From: a virus
Virus record (IMG/VR): IMGVR_UViG_3300022928_002150
Coordinates: 31,809-95,808 of that record
Length of the DNA stretch: 64,000 nt
Reading direction: 5' to 3' (one strand)
This document shows positions 40,530 to 48,822 of this stretch, one piece after another (the stretch's first letter is position 1; every line of letters starts with the position of its first letter). The notes under the pieces are model-generated. The model was not told the origin of the DNA. It made no database searches and saw only the letters and a program-made list of their open reading frames with translations. A program made the translations under genes and the position numbers.

Positions 40530-40799
40530 CTAACCTCTCGAGTTTTTAAGTATCGAGGCTAGCGGAACAACACTGGTAATATTTTTCGGTTTCATCAGCC
40601 GAAAAGAATCAGTATCCCAACAAAACATTAATAATGTGTCGTCGTCTTCTTTAGCTCTATTTTTCTTGTCTTGGATATAGCCAGTGCTAAAATCTAAAGT
40701 ACAAACATTATACTTTAATTTATTAGAGTTCTGGCTTCTATAGCTAATTACAGCATCGCCATACAGATCCATTAGTTGTGTGAGTTCTTCTTTTTTCAC
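40530..40799 (-). CDS. WYL-like/SH3 beta-barrel protein
   Basis: CTL...WD.D.FR pattern. Confidence 0.5.
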   Translation of the reverse strand: MKKEELTQLMDLYGDAVISYRSQNSNKLKYNVCTLDFSTGYIQDKKNRAKEDDDTLLMFCWDTDSFRLMKPKNITSVVPLASILKNSRG

Positions 40800-40862
40800 A
40801 GGTTGCTCCTATAAAGCAGGTTAGCAAAATCTTTTGCTGTACTGATATAGGAATAGAAGCTA

Positions 40863-40881
40863 CCCGCTCCGAAGAGCGGGG
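40863..40881 (-). terminator. Terminator hairpin
   Basis: CCCGCT-cttcgg-AGCGGG on - strand. Confidence 0.65.
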
Positions 40882-40907
40882 CTTCATACTGCTTAGGAGA
40901 AAAATTT

Positions 40908-41354
40908 TTAGTTGTTTACAGCCGCAATAACACCTGCAAAGTACATTGCAGCTTTACCTGTCAGCTTGCCGACAATCTCATCGTCAACATCCTGCCCAGC
41001 ATCTGTTAGTGCTTGAGTGAGTGTTTCAATAGCTGCTGCTTTTGATACTCGGGTACTACCACCTGTGCTGCCAGAAGATTTGCTTGCGCCAGTTGCTGGA
41101 GTCTTTTTTACATATACTCCGGCTTTAGTAAGAATCATTCGAACACCGTTTGCGGTTTCTCCAAGTTCGTCAGCAATATCTTTTACGATTTCTACTGAAG
41201 TTTCGGGGGTAGGGTCAGCTTCTTCATACATTGATACTGCCTGTGCTTTTTTGTCGTCATCCCACGCCATTGGTCTTTTCCTTTTTGGTTTTCCATAGTA
41301 TCCTGGGCATGTACCCAGAGTTTCAAGTTGTTGTCTATAAAATCGGTCTCCCAT
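40908..41354 (-). CDS. T5 D3-like HTH DNA-binding protein
   Basis: W....K..A...Y...IA.ELGET.NGVRMIL..AGVY; start placed downstream of promoter at GAGGG RBS. Confidence 0.75.
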   Translation of the reverse strand: MGDRFYRQQLETLGTCPGYYGKPKRKRPMAWDDDKKAQAVSMYEEADPTPETSVEIVKDIADELGETANGVRMILTKAGVYVKKTPATGASKSSGSTGGSTRVSKAAAIETLTQALTDAGQDVDDEIVGKLTGKAAMYFAGVIAAVNN

Positions 41355-41384
41355 TTTCTGGTTTCCCTCATTTCTTAAAAACAT

Positions 41385-41413
41385 ATTATAATAGAATTTA
41401 GTAAGAATGTCAA
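41385..41413 (-). promoter_or_regulatory. Sigma70-type phage promoter
   Basis: TTGACA-17-TATAAT. Confidence 0.85.
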
Positions 41414-41422
41414 GATATTTTT

Positions 41423-42139
41423 TTATAAACGTTGTAAATCAATTCCGATATTTTTCAAATGTTCTAAACTTCCGAGTTCACATGCCAGTGCGTAGGCATT
41501 GAAACCTCCCATGTTAGGAGTTTGAACTATAAAATCATTAGAGGTCTCCATAGGTTTCATAATATATATGGTATAGCACTTTGATGAGTATTTCTTTTCA
41601 TAGTTAACATCACTATACCCAGGCATCTCTGCCTGGTAGTCTATGGATACTTCGTTTAAAATTTCTGCAGGGCTGTGGTACTTTGCAGACCATACAACTT
41701 GTCCTGGCATAAAAGAGTCTGCTACACAATCGTCAGGAAGATATGCAGGATCTTTTCTTTCTTGCCTGCTACTTGGTCGTTGGGGTACCCCCAGCCTTTC
41801 TATAATAGCTTTTACGAACGAGGGAGACCTGTATAAGCCTTTTGCGATTACTGATATGCTCTCTCCGTGTAGATACTCTGTGACTACGCTTTGTATCTCT
41901 CCCTCTGTAGCTTTTTTACCTTTATTTATACTTTTTCGTTTTAAAACATATTCTTTATGGTCAAGGTATTCTGCAAATATTTTATCAAGCCTAGACACAT
42001 TGTATGAGATGCGTAAAATCTCACATGCCTCTTTTTTAGTTATTGGTTTCTTCCCATCCGTTGGATTCAGTAAGTCTAAAACTTTTTGAATATTCGTATC
42101 CGTTATCTCTTCGTAATCTCTTTTCTTTACTCTCGGCAT
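41423..42139 (-). CDS. T5 D2-like protein
   Basis: TKKEACEIL.I.YN..RL; ELGSLEHL; synteny. Confidence 0.75.
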   Translation of the reverse strand: MPRVKKRDYEEITDTNIQKVLDLLNPTDGKKPITKKEACEILRISYNVSRLDKIFAEYLDHKEYVLKRKSINKGKKATEGEIQSVVTEYLHGESISVIAKGLYRSPSFVKAIIERLGVPQRPSSRQERKDPAYLPDDCVADSFMPGQVVWSAKYHSPAEILNEVSIDYQAEMPGYSDVNYEKKYSSKCYTIYIMKPMETSNDFIVQTPNMGGFNAYALACELGSLEHLKNIGIDLQRL

Positions 42140-42419
42140 TTTCTAATTCAATCTCCAATTTAAATAATAAACAGCATATGGCGTGTGCTAGATGTGATAT
42201 CCCAGAATCCAAGTCTATTTGTTCGTTATCCATGTGTGCAAATATGTGCCGAAGTGCACCGCCTGTGTAACGATTCTGCAAATTATCTAGTTTTCTCCAG
42301 TTTTGCTCATCGTATTTTTCTGCCCCAAAAGTTAAAACCTTAGACACTTCTATAGTTGCTTTCGGAGGTAACAAATACATTTTTGGTTTTTCTGTATCAA
42401 ATTTTAGTCCTTCGCTCAT
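42036..42419 (-). CDS. dATP/dGTP diphosphohydrolase-domain (DUF5664-like) protein
   Basis: G.KFD..KP...L.P...VLTFGA.KY...NW...ALRH....D.DSG..HLAHA.CC. Confidence 0.85.
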   Translation of the reverse strand: MSEGLKFDTEKPKMYLLPPKATIEVSKVLTFGAEKYDEQNWRKLDNLQNRYTGGALRHIFAHMDNEQIDLDSGISHLAHAICCLLFKLEIELENAESKEKRLRRDNGYEYSKSFRLTESNGWEETNN

Positions 42420-42610
42420 ACAATCATAATCCCTACCGATATACCTATTGCCATCATACAAATCCACCCCATAATTTTAATTGCTCTCATTATTCTGTCT
42501 TCCACTTCTTCAAATCCTGTTATTGGGTTGGGCATAGACTTCTTTCTACGATCATAAGCCCCGTTCCTCCACTTAGAGCCCTTTCTTCTCTCTACGCTTC
42601 TAGTTGTCAT
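42416..42610 (-). CDS. Small membrane protein
   Basis: C-terminal TM segment, coupled to neighbours. Confidence 0.5.
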   Translation of the reverse strand: MTTRSVERRKGSKWRNGAYDRRKKSMPNPITGFEEVEDRIMRAIKIMGWICMMAIGISVGIMIV

Positions 42611-43280
42611 GTTGTTCGACCGCCTTGCATACACTGGGAAAGTGTACTTCTAAGATCTCCCAGCATTTATCTGCAACTTCCATGTGCTCCGGTTGTGTTC
42701 CGTGACCTCGTCTTAGGTCACAGTAATGAATCCAAGATCGAAGAGTACCAGACATATACAGTGTTGTCTCTGTCAACCCCTCTGGAAGAAGCGCTCTCGC
42801 CTGTTCTTTGGCTATACCGTTATGAAGGGCCATCTCATAATAATCTTTTGCAGTTTGAGCGACTTGAGCCTGCATCTCACTGAATACTTCTTGGGCCTTT
42901 CTTTGGCGATCAGCATCTTCGTCTACTTCACTAAGCTGCCTATTGGTAGGGTGTTGTTTTCGTGCTTCCCTATTTGTAACAAACGACTCGCTCACAGCAT
43001 ATCTCTGAGAAAACTCTTGGAAAGAGAAACTTCTGTGCCTTAAGATTTGTCTACTAATGTCTCTAGTAGTTTTGATTTCCATTGTAACACTAACCATCTC
43101 AAATGGGCTCCAGTGATCCTCTTTGATAAGATAGCCCAGTAGTTTGCTGGAAGTTTTAGTGTTATTCTGGTTTGCGGGATTGCTAACCCGAGCTGCAAAA
43201 GCAATAAGATCTTCTGCATTGTGACAACCTGTTTGAGCACTAGGAGTTGTCATCCCTACTAAACTTACTTCACTTCTCAT
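42600..43280 (-). CDS. thyX: Flavin-dependent thymidylate synthase
   Basis: HWSPFE, RHRSFSFQEFSQRY, EQAR.LLP. Confidence 0.95.
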   Translation of the reverse strand: MRSEVSLVGMTTPSAQTGCHNAEDLIAFAARVSNPANQNNTKTSSKLLGYLIKEDHWSPFEMVSVTMEIKTTRDISRQILRHRSFSFQEFSQRYAVSESFVTNREARKQHPTNRQLSEVDEDADRQRKAQEVFSEMQAQVAQTAKDYYEMALHNGIAKEQARALLPEGLTETTLYMSGTLRSWIHYCDLRRGHGTQPEHMEVADKCWEILEVHFPSVCKAVEQHDN

Positions 43281-43650
43281 TCTTATCCTTATAATCTTTA
43301 ATTGCTGCTTTAATAGCATCCTCTGCGAGAACACTACAATGAATTTTTACCGGAGGTAGTGCCAATTCTTCTGCTATATCTGAGTTGCTAATATCATTAG
43401 CAGAATCCAAGGTTCTTCCCTTAACCCACTCAGTGAGTAGAGAAGAGCTAGCAATTGCACTTCCACATCCGTATGTTTTAAACTTTGCATCTAAAATTAC
43501 TCCTTCATCAGATACTTTTATCTGCAAGCGCATAACATCCCCGCAAGCAGGAGCGCCTACCATGCCGGTACCAATATCTTCGGCATCATCAAATCTTCCT
43601 ACATTTCTAGGATTTTCATAGTGATCCATTACTTTATCTGAGTATGCCAT
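43270..43650 (-). CDS. iscU: Fe-S cluster scaffold IscU
   Basis: YSDKVMDHYENPRNVG, APACGDVM, GCGSAIASSS, LPPVKIHCSVLAEDA. Confidence 0.97.
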   Translation of the reverse strand: MAYSDKVMDHYENPRNVGRFDDAEDIGTGMVGAPACGDVMRLQIKVSDEGVILDAKFKTYGCGSAIASSSLLTEWVKGRTLDSANDISNSDIAEELALPPVKIHCSVLAEDAIKAAIKDYKDKNEK

Positions 43651-44237
43651 TATTTTTGTCCTGATATTCTATTATCATAGTCTGCGAGATTCTCATCCCA
43701 CCAGTGGGGTTTACCCCGTACTTTCCAGTGTGCACCCTTACCGATAGCGGCCTTATCCTTCATGTAGAACATGCGATAGGATTCTACGGCATCCTCTGAC
43801 TTGAGTTCTTCTGGCATGGCTTGGGCAAATGGGGTAAGTCCCGTTGCTGGTAAATGTACCATGTCTGGCAAGCAACGGATAACTTCTTCGAAGGATTTGT
43901 GATTGGCACCACCTCTGTAGATGTGCTCTTGATTGAGGGCGTGTGAATAGCAGAAGAGCCATTCATAGTTTTGTTGTGACTCACGAGCCCATATAGTACA
44001 GGGGTGATTATACATAGTAGGAAGATAGGGAAAATCCCTAATTGGGTTTTTCTTGGCTTCTTTGAGTACACTCCATTCCTCCGAAGTTAGTTTTCTAGGT
44101 ATATATCCTAGGTATTTATCTACCCAGTGATTTGTACAGAGCATCTGCGCAGCTTCTAACTGCATTTTACCTGAGTGTGCATCAATATGGTATTGAGCAC
44201 AAAGATCTATGTCGTGGTCTAAAATAAATATATTCAC
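43650..44237 (-). CDS. Pyrimidine-dimer DNA glycosylase-like protein
   Basis: MNIF.LD...A..H.D.H..KM..E.AQML, NHPCTIW. Confidence 0.75.
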   Translation of the reverse strand: MNIFILDHDIDLCAQYHIDAHSGKMQLEAAQMLCTNHWVDKYLGYIPRKLTSEEWSVLKEAKKNPIRDFPYLPTMYNHPCTIWARESQQNYEWLFCYSHALNQEHIYRGGANHKSFEEVIRCLPDMVHLPATGLTPFAQAMPEELKSEDAVESYRMFYMKDKAAIGKGAHWKVRGKPHWWDENLADYDNRISGQK

Positions 44238-44262
44238 TGGTAGTTCCCTAAGTTAAGAATAT

Positions 44263-44291
44263 ATTATACAGTATTCTACATATAAAGTCAA
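44263..44291 (-). promoter_or_regulatory. Sigma70-type phage promoter
   Basis: TTGACT-17-TATAAT. Confidence 0.85.
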
Positions 44292-44301
44292 GCACTATTT
44301 A

Positions 44302-44550
44302 CTAAGAGTACTTTGGGTTTGACATTTTTGCTAATCTTTTTTGCACCAGGTTTTCTGTCATGCTTCTATCTAACCCGTAGGCTTGTTGCAGAACCATTAT
44401 CATAGCCTTTACATCGGCCATTTCTTCTTGCAGATTTTGTAGATATTTAGGATCATCTACTCCGTGTCTCATTACTTTTGAGCAGGCGCGGATTAATTCT
44501 CCGCACTCTTCCATTGTAATTACTAAGGTTTTTAGTTTCTCTAGATCCAT
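44302..44550 (-). CDS. MazG-like NTP pyrophosphatase
   Basis: EECGEL...SK...EEMADV. Confidence 0.75.
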   Translation of the reverse strand: MDLEKLKTLVITMEECGELIRACSKVMRHGVDDPKYLQNLQEEMADVKAMIMVLQQAYGLDRSMTENLVQKRLAKMSNPKYS

Positions 44551-44563
44551 GTCTTTTATTTTA

Positions 44564-45052
44564 TTACTCCTGGTTTTGCTGTGTGGGATCGTCTAATGTA
44601 TTAATATAAGAGTCAAGAAGCCGGGACACTGCCTCCGGCTTCTCGTCTGCTTTAAAGCGCACTTTTATTTTAGCGAGCCCTGAATTTTTGGATTTAGAAC
44701 TGTCCACAGATATAGATTTAATATTATGTTGATATCCCACCTCTTTGTCTGCAAATAAGCCTAGAACATCTTTTTTCACTTGAGAGACATCGTCGTCAAC
44801 ATCTCCAAAATGAAGGCGTGCCTCAAACTCTACATCTAACTGATCCAGCCCTATAGAGGAATGGTCTGCAAGAATGTAGAGAGGAAAAACTATGTCTTTA
44901 TCGTCAACTTTAAACTTTACAGTTTTAGGGGTACCATCATCATTAAAATAATTCTTCAGTGAATTAATATGCTGACGCTGACTAATACTTTGAGCAACCA
45001 TAGCACTTTCTAGAAGTCCTGATACTAGCTCATCTATATGTAATTTTGCCAT
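44564..45052 (-). CDS. DUF2589-family protein (short paralogue)
   Basis: L..A...AQ...H...L..YF; PLY.L.....GLD...VEF; PE.VSRLLD. Confidence 0.65.
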   Translation of the reverse strand: MAKLHIDELVSGLLESAMVAQSISQRQHINSLKNYFNDDGTPKTVKFKVDDKDIVFPLYILADHSSIGLDQLDVEFEARLHFGDVDDDVSQVKKDVLGLFADKEVGYQHNIKSISVDSSKSKNSGLAKIKVRFKADEKPEAVSRLLDSYINTLDDPTQQNQE

Positions 45053-45073
45053 TCTTTACCAAATTTTTAAATT

Positions 45074-45670
45074 TTAGGGGCCACTTGTATTAGTAGAAAG
45101 AGGAATAAGGGAGGGCTCTAGCATCTGTGTTAGGTAATCTGATAACTTAAGCATCCCCTCTGTAGCAGGAAGCTGTTCCGCGTGTACGGCCACTTCATAC
45201 TTAGCAGAGTTATCTGTCTTTCGTACATTTTCTCGATTAGTAGCTACTTTTCCAGAAATATTTGCTTTATACTTTGCTCCCCAAAATCCACCAGAGATAG
45301 AAGCACTTACTGAGCTTTCTGTAGAGGTGGAAGAAGTATCTTGCGTTGACGTTTGAACTTCCATAGAAAAATTAATATCTGCGGAGGTAATAGCCAAGGA
45401 GGGCAGAGGCACTAAAGGAAGCATAGGTACTTTACTGTATAAAGTTTGTACAGACTGCTCTCCAGTATCCCCGTCTGTCATGACTCTATTCATTTCAACA
45501 TCTAAAGATCGAGCTACAGTCTTTCCGTCGTCTCCTTTTGTGAACGCTACTTCCTGAATGTATTGCCAGGTAACATCATTGAGCTGTGCCTGACCTTTAG
45601 CCATTCCAATAATAGGGGCTGTAATCAGTTGCTCAATGGGTAAACCTGTAAATTTGTTAGCTATACTCAT
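45074..45670 (-). CDS. DUF2589-family protein
   Basis: F.GLP...LI.AP....A.GQ..L, VP.L.LV..PSL.I, F.MEV, R.TDNSAKY.V.V.A...P..EG. Confidence 0.75.
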   Translation of the reverse strand: MSIANKFTGLPIEQLITAPIIGMAKGQAQLNDVTWQYIQEVAFTKGDDGKTVARSLDVEMNRVMTDGDTGEQSVQTLYSKVPMLPLVPLPSLAITSADINFSMEVQTSTQDTSSTSTESSVSASISGGFWGAKYKANISGKVATNRENVRKTDNSAKYEVAVHAEQLPATEGMLKLSDYLTQMLEPSLIPLSTNTSGP

Positions 45671-45678
45671 TTTTTTCC

Positions 45679-45879
45679 TTAATTAAATGTTACCAAACCT
45701 TGATAACGCTTTTTGATTTTATCAATATCATTTAATGCTGCTTTCATTTTGCCCTTTACTTCGTCTTCAACATCAAAGTTAAAGACAGTTTTACACCCTG
45801 GACAAGCAGAGATAGGGTTCTTCATTATGAAGTCTAGAGATAGTCCCAAAGGGCTAGCACATACGGGGCAGGGCAGCAT
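45679..45879 (-). CDS. Zinc-ribbon protein
   Basis: CPVC...CPGC plus helix; AAGGAG RBS. Confidence 0.75.
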   Translation of the reverse strand: MLPCPVCASPLGLSLDFIMKNPISACPGCKTVFNFDVEDEVKGKMKAALNDIDKIKKRYQGLVTFN

Positions 45880-45894
45880 GGGGTCTCTCCTTGT

Positions 45895-46065
45895 CTAGAT
45901 TCTGTTAATTTTATAGAAAGATATGTGGTCTTCCCAGGTATTGAATTCTTTTCGAATATGGCAGTAAAATTTTCCTTCGTAACACCTACCTACGCTTTTT
46001 CTTTGTTGCTGTCTAGCATGTACGTTACGTTTGCTGCCGACACGTTGGGATTGTCTCTTATACAT
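45895..46065 (-). CDS. 56-aa basic hypothetical protein (not in ORF track)
   Basis: MYKRQSQR...CYEGKFYCHIRKEFNTWEDH; fills gap before zinc-ribbon gene but overlaps the BFD-like ORF. Confidence 0.35.
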   Translation of the reverse strand: MYKRQSQRVGSKRNVHARQQQRKSVGRCYEGKFYCHIRKEFNTWEDHISFYKINRI

Positions 46066-46154
46066 ATTCCGCACTTATCTCCTATTTTATGGGCTAAAAA
46101 AGAATTATTTTCTAGCATTTTTTCTGTTATTTTGTTACATATACATATATACAC
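45990..46154 (-). CDS. BFD-like [2Fe-2S] mini-ferredoxin (not in ORF track)
   Basis: GTG start 2 nt after endolysin stop; MYICICNKITE...G.KCGICIR matches the Bfd pattern MYVCLC...G.QCGKC. Confidence 0.65.
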   Translation of the reverse strand: MYICICNKITEKMLENNSFLAHKIGDKCGICIRDNPNVSAANVTYMLDSNKEKA

Positions 46155-46156
46155 CG

Positions 46157-46624
46157 CTAGGATACTGCAGTCATTCTATTTACTAATCTTTTTGACCTAT
46201 CGCCCACTTGATGATACCACCTACTATCTTTCATTTCTATTGCGGCCTTTTTCCAATCTGCGGTATTTAACGCATTAGTCATGTTCTTAAATTTAGATAA
46301 TCTAGGTCTTCCTAGGTTGAACATCATATTGGCTAAAATTTCTTTTACTTCTCCTGGGTAAGAATCCCAGTGACTATCATATAATATTTTACACTCGTCT
46401 AAAACTACTTGTAGATCTTTTTCAAAAACTTCCTCAATCCGCTCCTCTGATACTGCTGTTCCAACTTTGCACCCAAATTCTGGATCGTCTTCAATAATAA
46501 GATGGCCGATACCAAAAGTAGCATACCCAAGATGGTCAAGATATATTTCAGTTTTGATTCCTTCATCTACTTTTAGTTGCTCTATTAGTCTTTCTTTGTT
46601 TATATTAAGATCTTTTTCTTTCAT
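46157..46624 (-). CDS. Endolysin, GH24 (T4 lysozyme-like)
   Basis: DEG...IYLDHLGYATFGIGHL, M.FNLG, SRWY.QV..R. Confidence 0.92.
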   Translation of the reverse strand: MKEKDLNINKERLIEQLKVDEGIKTEIYLDHLGYATFGIGHLIIEDDPEFGCKVGTAVSEERIEEVFEKDLQVVLDECKILYDSHWDSYPGEVKEILANMMFNLGRPRLSKFKNMTNALNTADWKKAAIEMKDSRWYHQVGDRSKRLVNRMTAVS

Positions 46625-46998
46625 TTTTTTGCTTTCATAAAACCGATGGCGGATCTTACCCCAAAGGAAGCGGCCACAATTACACTTAGTGTATACTGAT
46701 ACCAATCTGGCATAATTTCTAATACTTTGAACCCCTCATGTACGTATGGCACCATGCTAGGTATAAATGCCATTATTAGTGGAATACTGAAAAGAAGCGT
46801 TAACCACTCGTCTTTCCACGAGCTTCCGCTGTTTTCAGCCATAATTTTTTCCCAGTCGCCTTCTTGTTCTACGGATTTAACTATTACTGCTGCCTTTGCA
46901 TCTGCTTTAGCTTTACTTACCGCATTTTTCCCTTCAATATAGGTTTGTCCTAACCCCGCTACTGATTTAAATAATTCTCCAATTATAGGTATACCCAT
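46621..46998 (-). CDS. Putative holin
   Basis: SWKDEW motif plus two TM helices, overlapping endolysin start. Confidence 0.65.
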   Translation of the reverse strand: MGIPIIGELFKSVAGLGQTYIEGKNAVSKAKADAKAAVIVKSVEQEGDWEKIMAENSGSSWKDEWLTLLFSIPLIMAFIPSMVPYVHEGFKVLEIMPDWYQYTLSVIVAASFGVRSAIGFMKAKK

Positions 46999-47040
46999 AT
47001 TTTTTCTCTAAAGTAGGGGGCTTACGCCCCCACCCTACCA

Positions 47041-47142
47041 TTAGACCATTAAAGGGCTGATGATATATGCTAAAGTGCCAGTAAGGCCTACCAAGACTGC
47101 AACAATTTCTGCTACATCTGCGATACCTTCTTTCTTGGCCAT
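47041..47142 (-). CDS. Small membrane peptide
   Basis: MAKKEGIADVAEIVAVLVGLTGTLAYIISPLMV; AAGGAG upstream; hairpin downstream at 47013-47038. Confidence 0.5.
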   Translation of the reverse strand: MAKKEGIADVAEIVAVLVGLTGTLAYIISPLMV

Positions 47143-47164
47143 AATATTTTTCACACGTTTCTCC

Positions 47165-47590
47165 TTAGTTAATTGCAATCTTCTTAGGCTGCAATTCTTC
47201 AGGGACTTCTTCATGCAAATCAATGCAAAGCAGGCCCCGCTCCATATAAGCGGAAACTACTTGAACGTGTTCAGGAACGCCAAAAACTCTTTTAAATGTT
47301 TTACCACTCAAGCCTTTGTAAACGTATGTTTCAGATTCTTCTTTTGTCTCTAACTTTTTTCTTCCCTCTACAGTTAGAACACCCTCGTGGAGGAAAATAT
47401 CGATATCCGCTTTATTCCACCCGGGCACAGCAATCTCAACCCTTTTATCTCCATTCTTGTTGGCGATAATATTAAATCTAGGGTAAGTACCATCAAAGTT
47501 CTCTTGGAACAGTGCCGTGTTGTTCATGAAACGGTCAAAACCAAACATTACTTTTGTTAGGTCTGCCATAGCTAATTTTGAATTTGTCAT
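47165..47590 (-). CDS. Small heat-shock protein Hsp20
   Basis: YPRFNI...EIAVPG...L.V.G...Y.YKG...F.R.F...A....GLL.I.L. Confidence 0.92.
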   Translation of the reverse strand: MTNSKLAMADLTKVMFGFDRFMNNTALFQENFDGTYPRFNIIANKNGDKRVEIAVPGWNKADIDIFLHEGVLTVEGRKKLETKEESETYVYKGLSGKTFKRVFGVPEHVQVVSAYMERGLLCIDLHEEVPEELQPKKIAIN

Positions 47591-47681
47591 AAATGTCTCC
47601 TCATCTTATGATTTCATGCCATCTTTCGATTAGCGGGGAGGCTTTCGCTCTCCGGTTTATAGTATGATAGTTATAGACGTA

Positions 47682-47837
47682 TCAGTCTTCAAAATCTTCG
47701 TCAACCTCAATTACTCCGTTATCAATAAAGTATTGAACGGCATCTTCTACACCCTCTTTATGCCCTAGGTACCAAGTAGATATACCACACCCTAGTAAGC
47801 AAAAGATAAAAATAAGTGTATCAACGCCAATAATCAT
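47682..47837 (-). CDS. Small membrane protein
   Basis: N-terminal TM, GGAG RBS downstream of promoter. Confidence 0.55.
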   Translation of the reverse strand: MIIGVDTLIFIFCLLGCGISTWYLGHKEGVEDAVQYFIDNGVIEVDEDFED

Positions 47838-47874
47838 ATGCAATCTCCGAGGCTTGGTTTTGTGAATTTCTATT

Positions 47875-47962
47875 ATTATACATAAATATGACTTAAAAGT
47901 CAAGAAAAATTTTTTGCTAACTAAAAATTCTTCTTGACTTTTTAGGTTAAATGTTCTATACT
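47875..47962. promoter_or_regulatory. Back-to-back divergent promoters
   Basis: - strand TTGACT-17-TATAAT (47903-47875); + strand TTGACT-17-TATACT (47934-47962). Confidence 0.85.
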
Positions 47963-47988
47963 ATATATCAAATAAAGGTAACAGGTTC

Positions 47989-48171
47989 ATGAAAATATAT
48001 AAGAAAAGACCGTGGACACACGAAGAAAGAAAGCTTCTTAGTAAGATATATCACAAAAGTAATAGAACCGAATTAGAAAACTACTTCCCGGACAGGAGCT
48101 ATAACGCTTGTGTAAAGCAGGCCAAGTATTTGAAGGATAGAGGATGGTATTTTGTAAAGGAAGTAAAATAG
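47989..48171 (+). CDS. Small Myb/HTH-like protein
   Basis: WT.EE...L...Y...FP.RS..A. Confidence 0.55.
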   Translation: MKIYKKRPWTHEERKLLSKIYHKSNRTELENYFPDRSYNACVKQAKYLKDRGWYFVKEVK

Positions 48172-48623
48172 TAGCTTTCAGTATTTTAATGTATACTACC
48201 TCAGCTTTTGCCTCACATACAGAAGAAAAAGAAATAATCTGCCTAGCAAATAATATATATTTCGAGAGCAGAAACCAACCTATAAAGGGCAAACGTGCGG
48301 TAGGGGAAGTTGTTATAAACAGAGTTGCATCTAAGAAATTCCCTAATACAATCTGTACTGTAGTTACTCAACGAAAAACAAATATATGTCAATTTACTTG
48401 GTATTGCAAAGAAAATGTATATAAAATTATTACTGACTTTTCTTCATATGAAGAAGCATTAGAAATAGCATATGTGCTGTATCACGGTAGTACTAAGAAC
48501 ATAACGCAGGGAGCTCTTTGGTACCATGCTGACTATATAAAGCCACCTGGATGGACTAAAAGTATGCGCGTTACTGCACATATTGGAAATCATATCTTTT
48601 ATGTGGAGAAATTTAAGGAATAA
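48144..48623 (+). CDS. SleB-like cell wall hydrolase (Hydrolase_2)
   Basis: CLA.NIYFESR, V.NRV....FPNTIC.VV, QFTW, YHA, IG.H.FY; N-terminal signal. Confidence 0.92.
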   Translation: MVFCKGSKIVAFSILMYTTSAFASHTEEKEIICLANNIYFESRNQPIKGKRAVGEVVINRVASKKFPNTICTVVTQRKTNICQFTWYCKENVYKIITDFSSYEEALEIAYVLYHGSTKNITQGALWYHADYIKPPGWTKSMRVTAHIGNHIFYVEKFKE

Positions 48624-48624
48624 A

Positions 48625-48822
48625 TTGAAAATAACTGTAAAAAATGGTAATGTAGAAAGAGCATTAAAAATTTTTAAAAGAAAAAGTTCCGAAATTATAT
48701 GGGACTATAGAAAAAATGAGTACTATGAAAAATCAAGTACTAAAAAACACGTATCTCGTAAAGCAGCAGTTAAACGAGAGCAAAAAAGACAAGGAGTCAA
48801 TAAACATGTCAAACGGTACTAA
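48625..48822 (+). CDS. rpsU: Ribosomal protein bS21 homologue
   Basis: I.V....VE.AL..FKRK......R..EYYEK.....R..AVKR; TTG start after AAGGA. Confidence 0.85.
   Translation: MKITVKNGNVERALKIFKRKSSEIIWDYRKNEYYEKSSTKKHVSRKAAVKREQKRQGVNKHVKRY

Noticed and set aside
42036-42419. Evidence for a 2-aminoadenine (Z) genome
   Set aside because: The domain alone is insufficient; no purZ seen and the polymerase is T5-like
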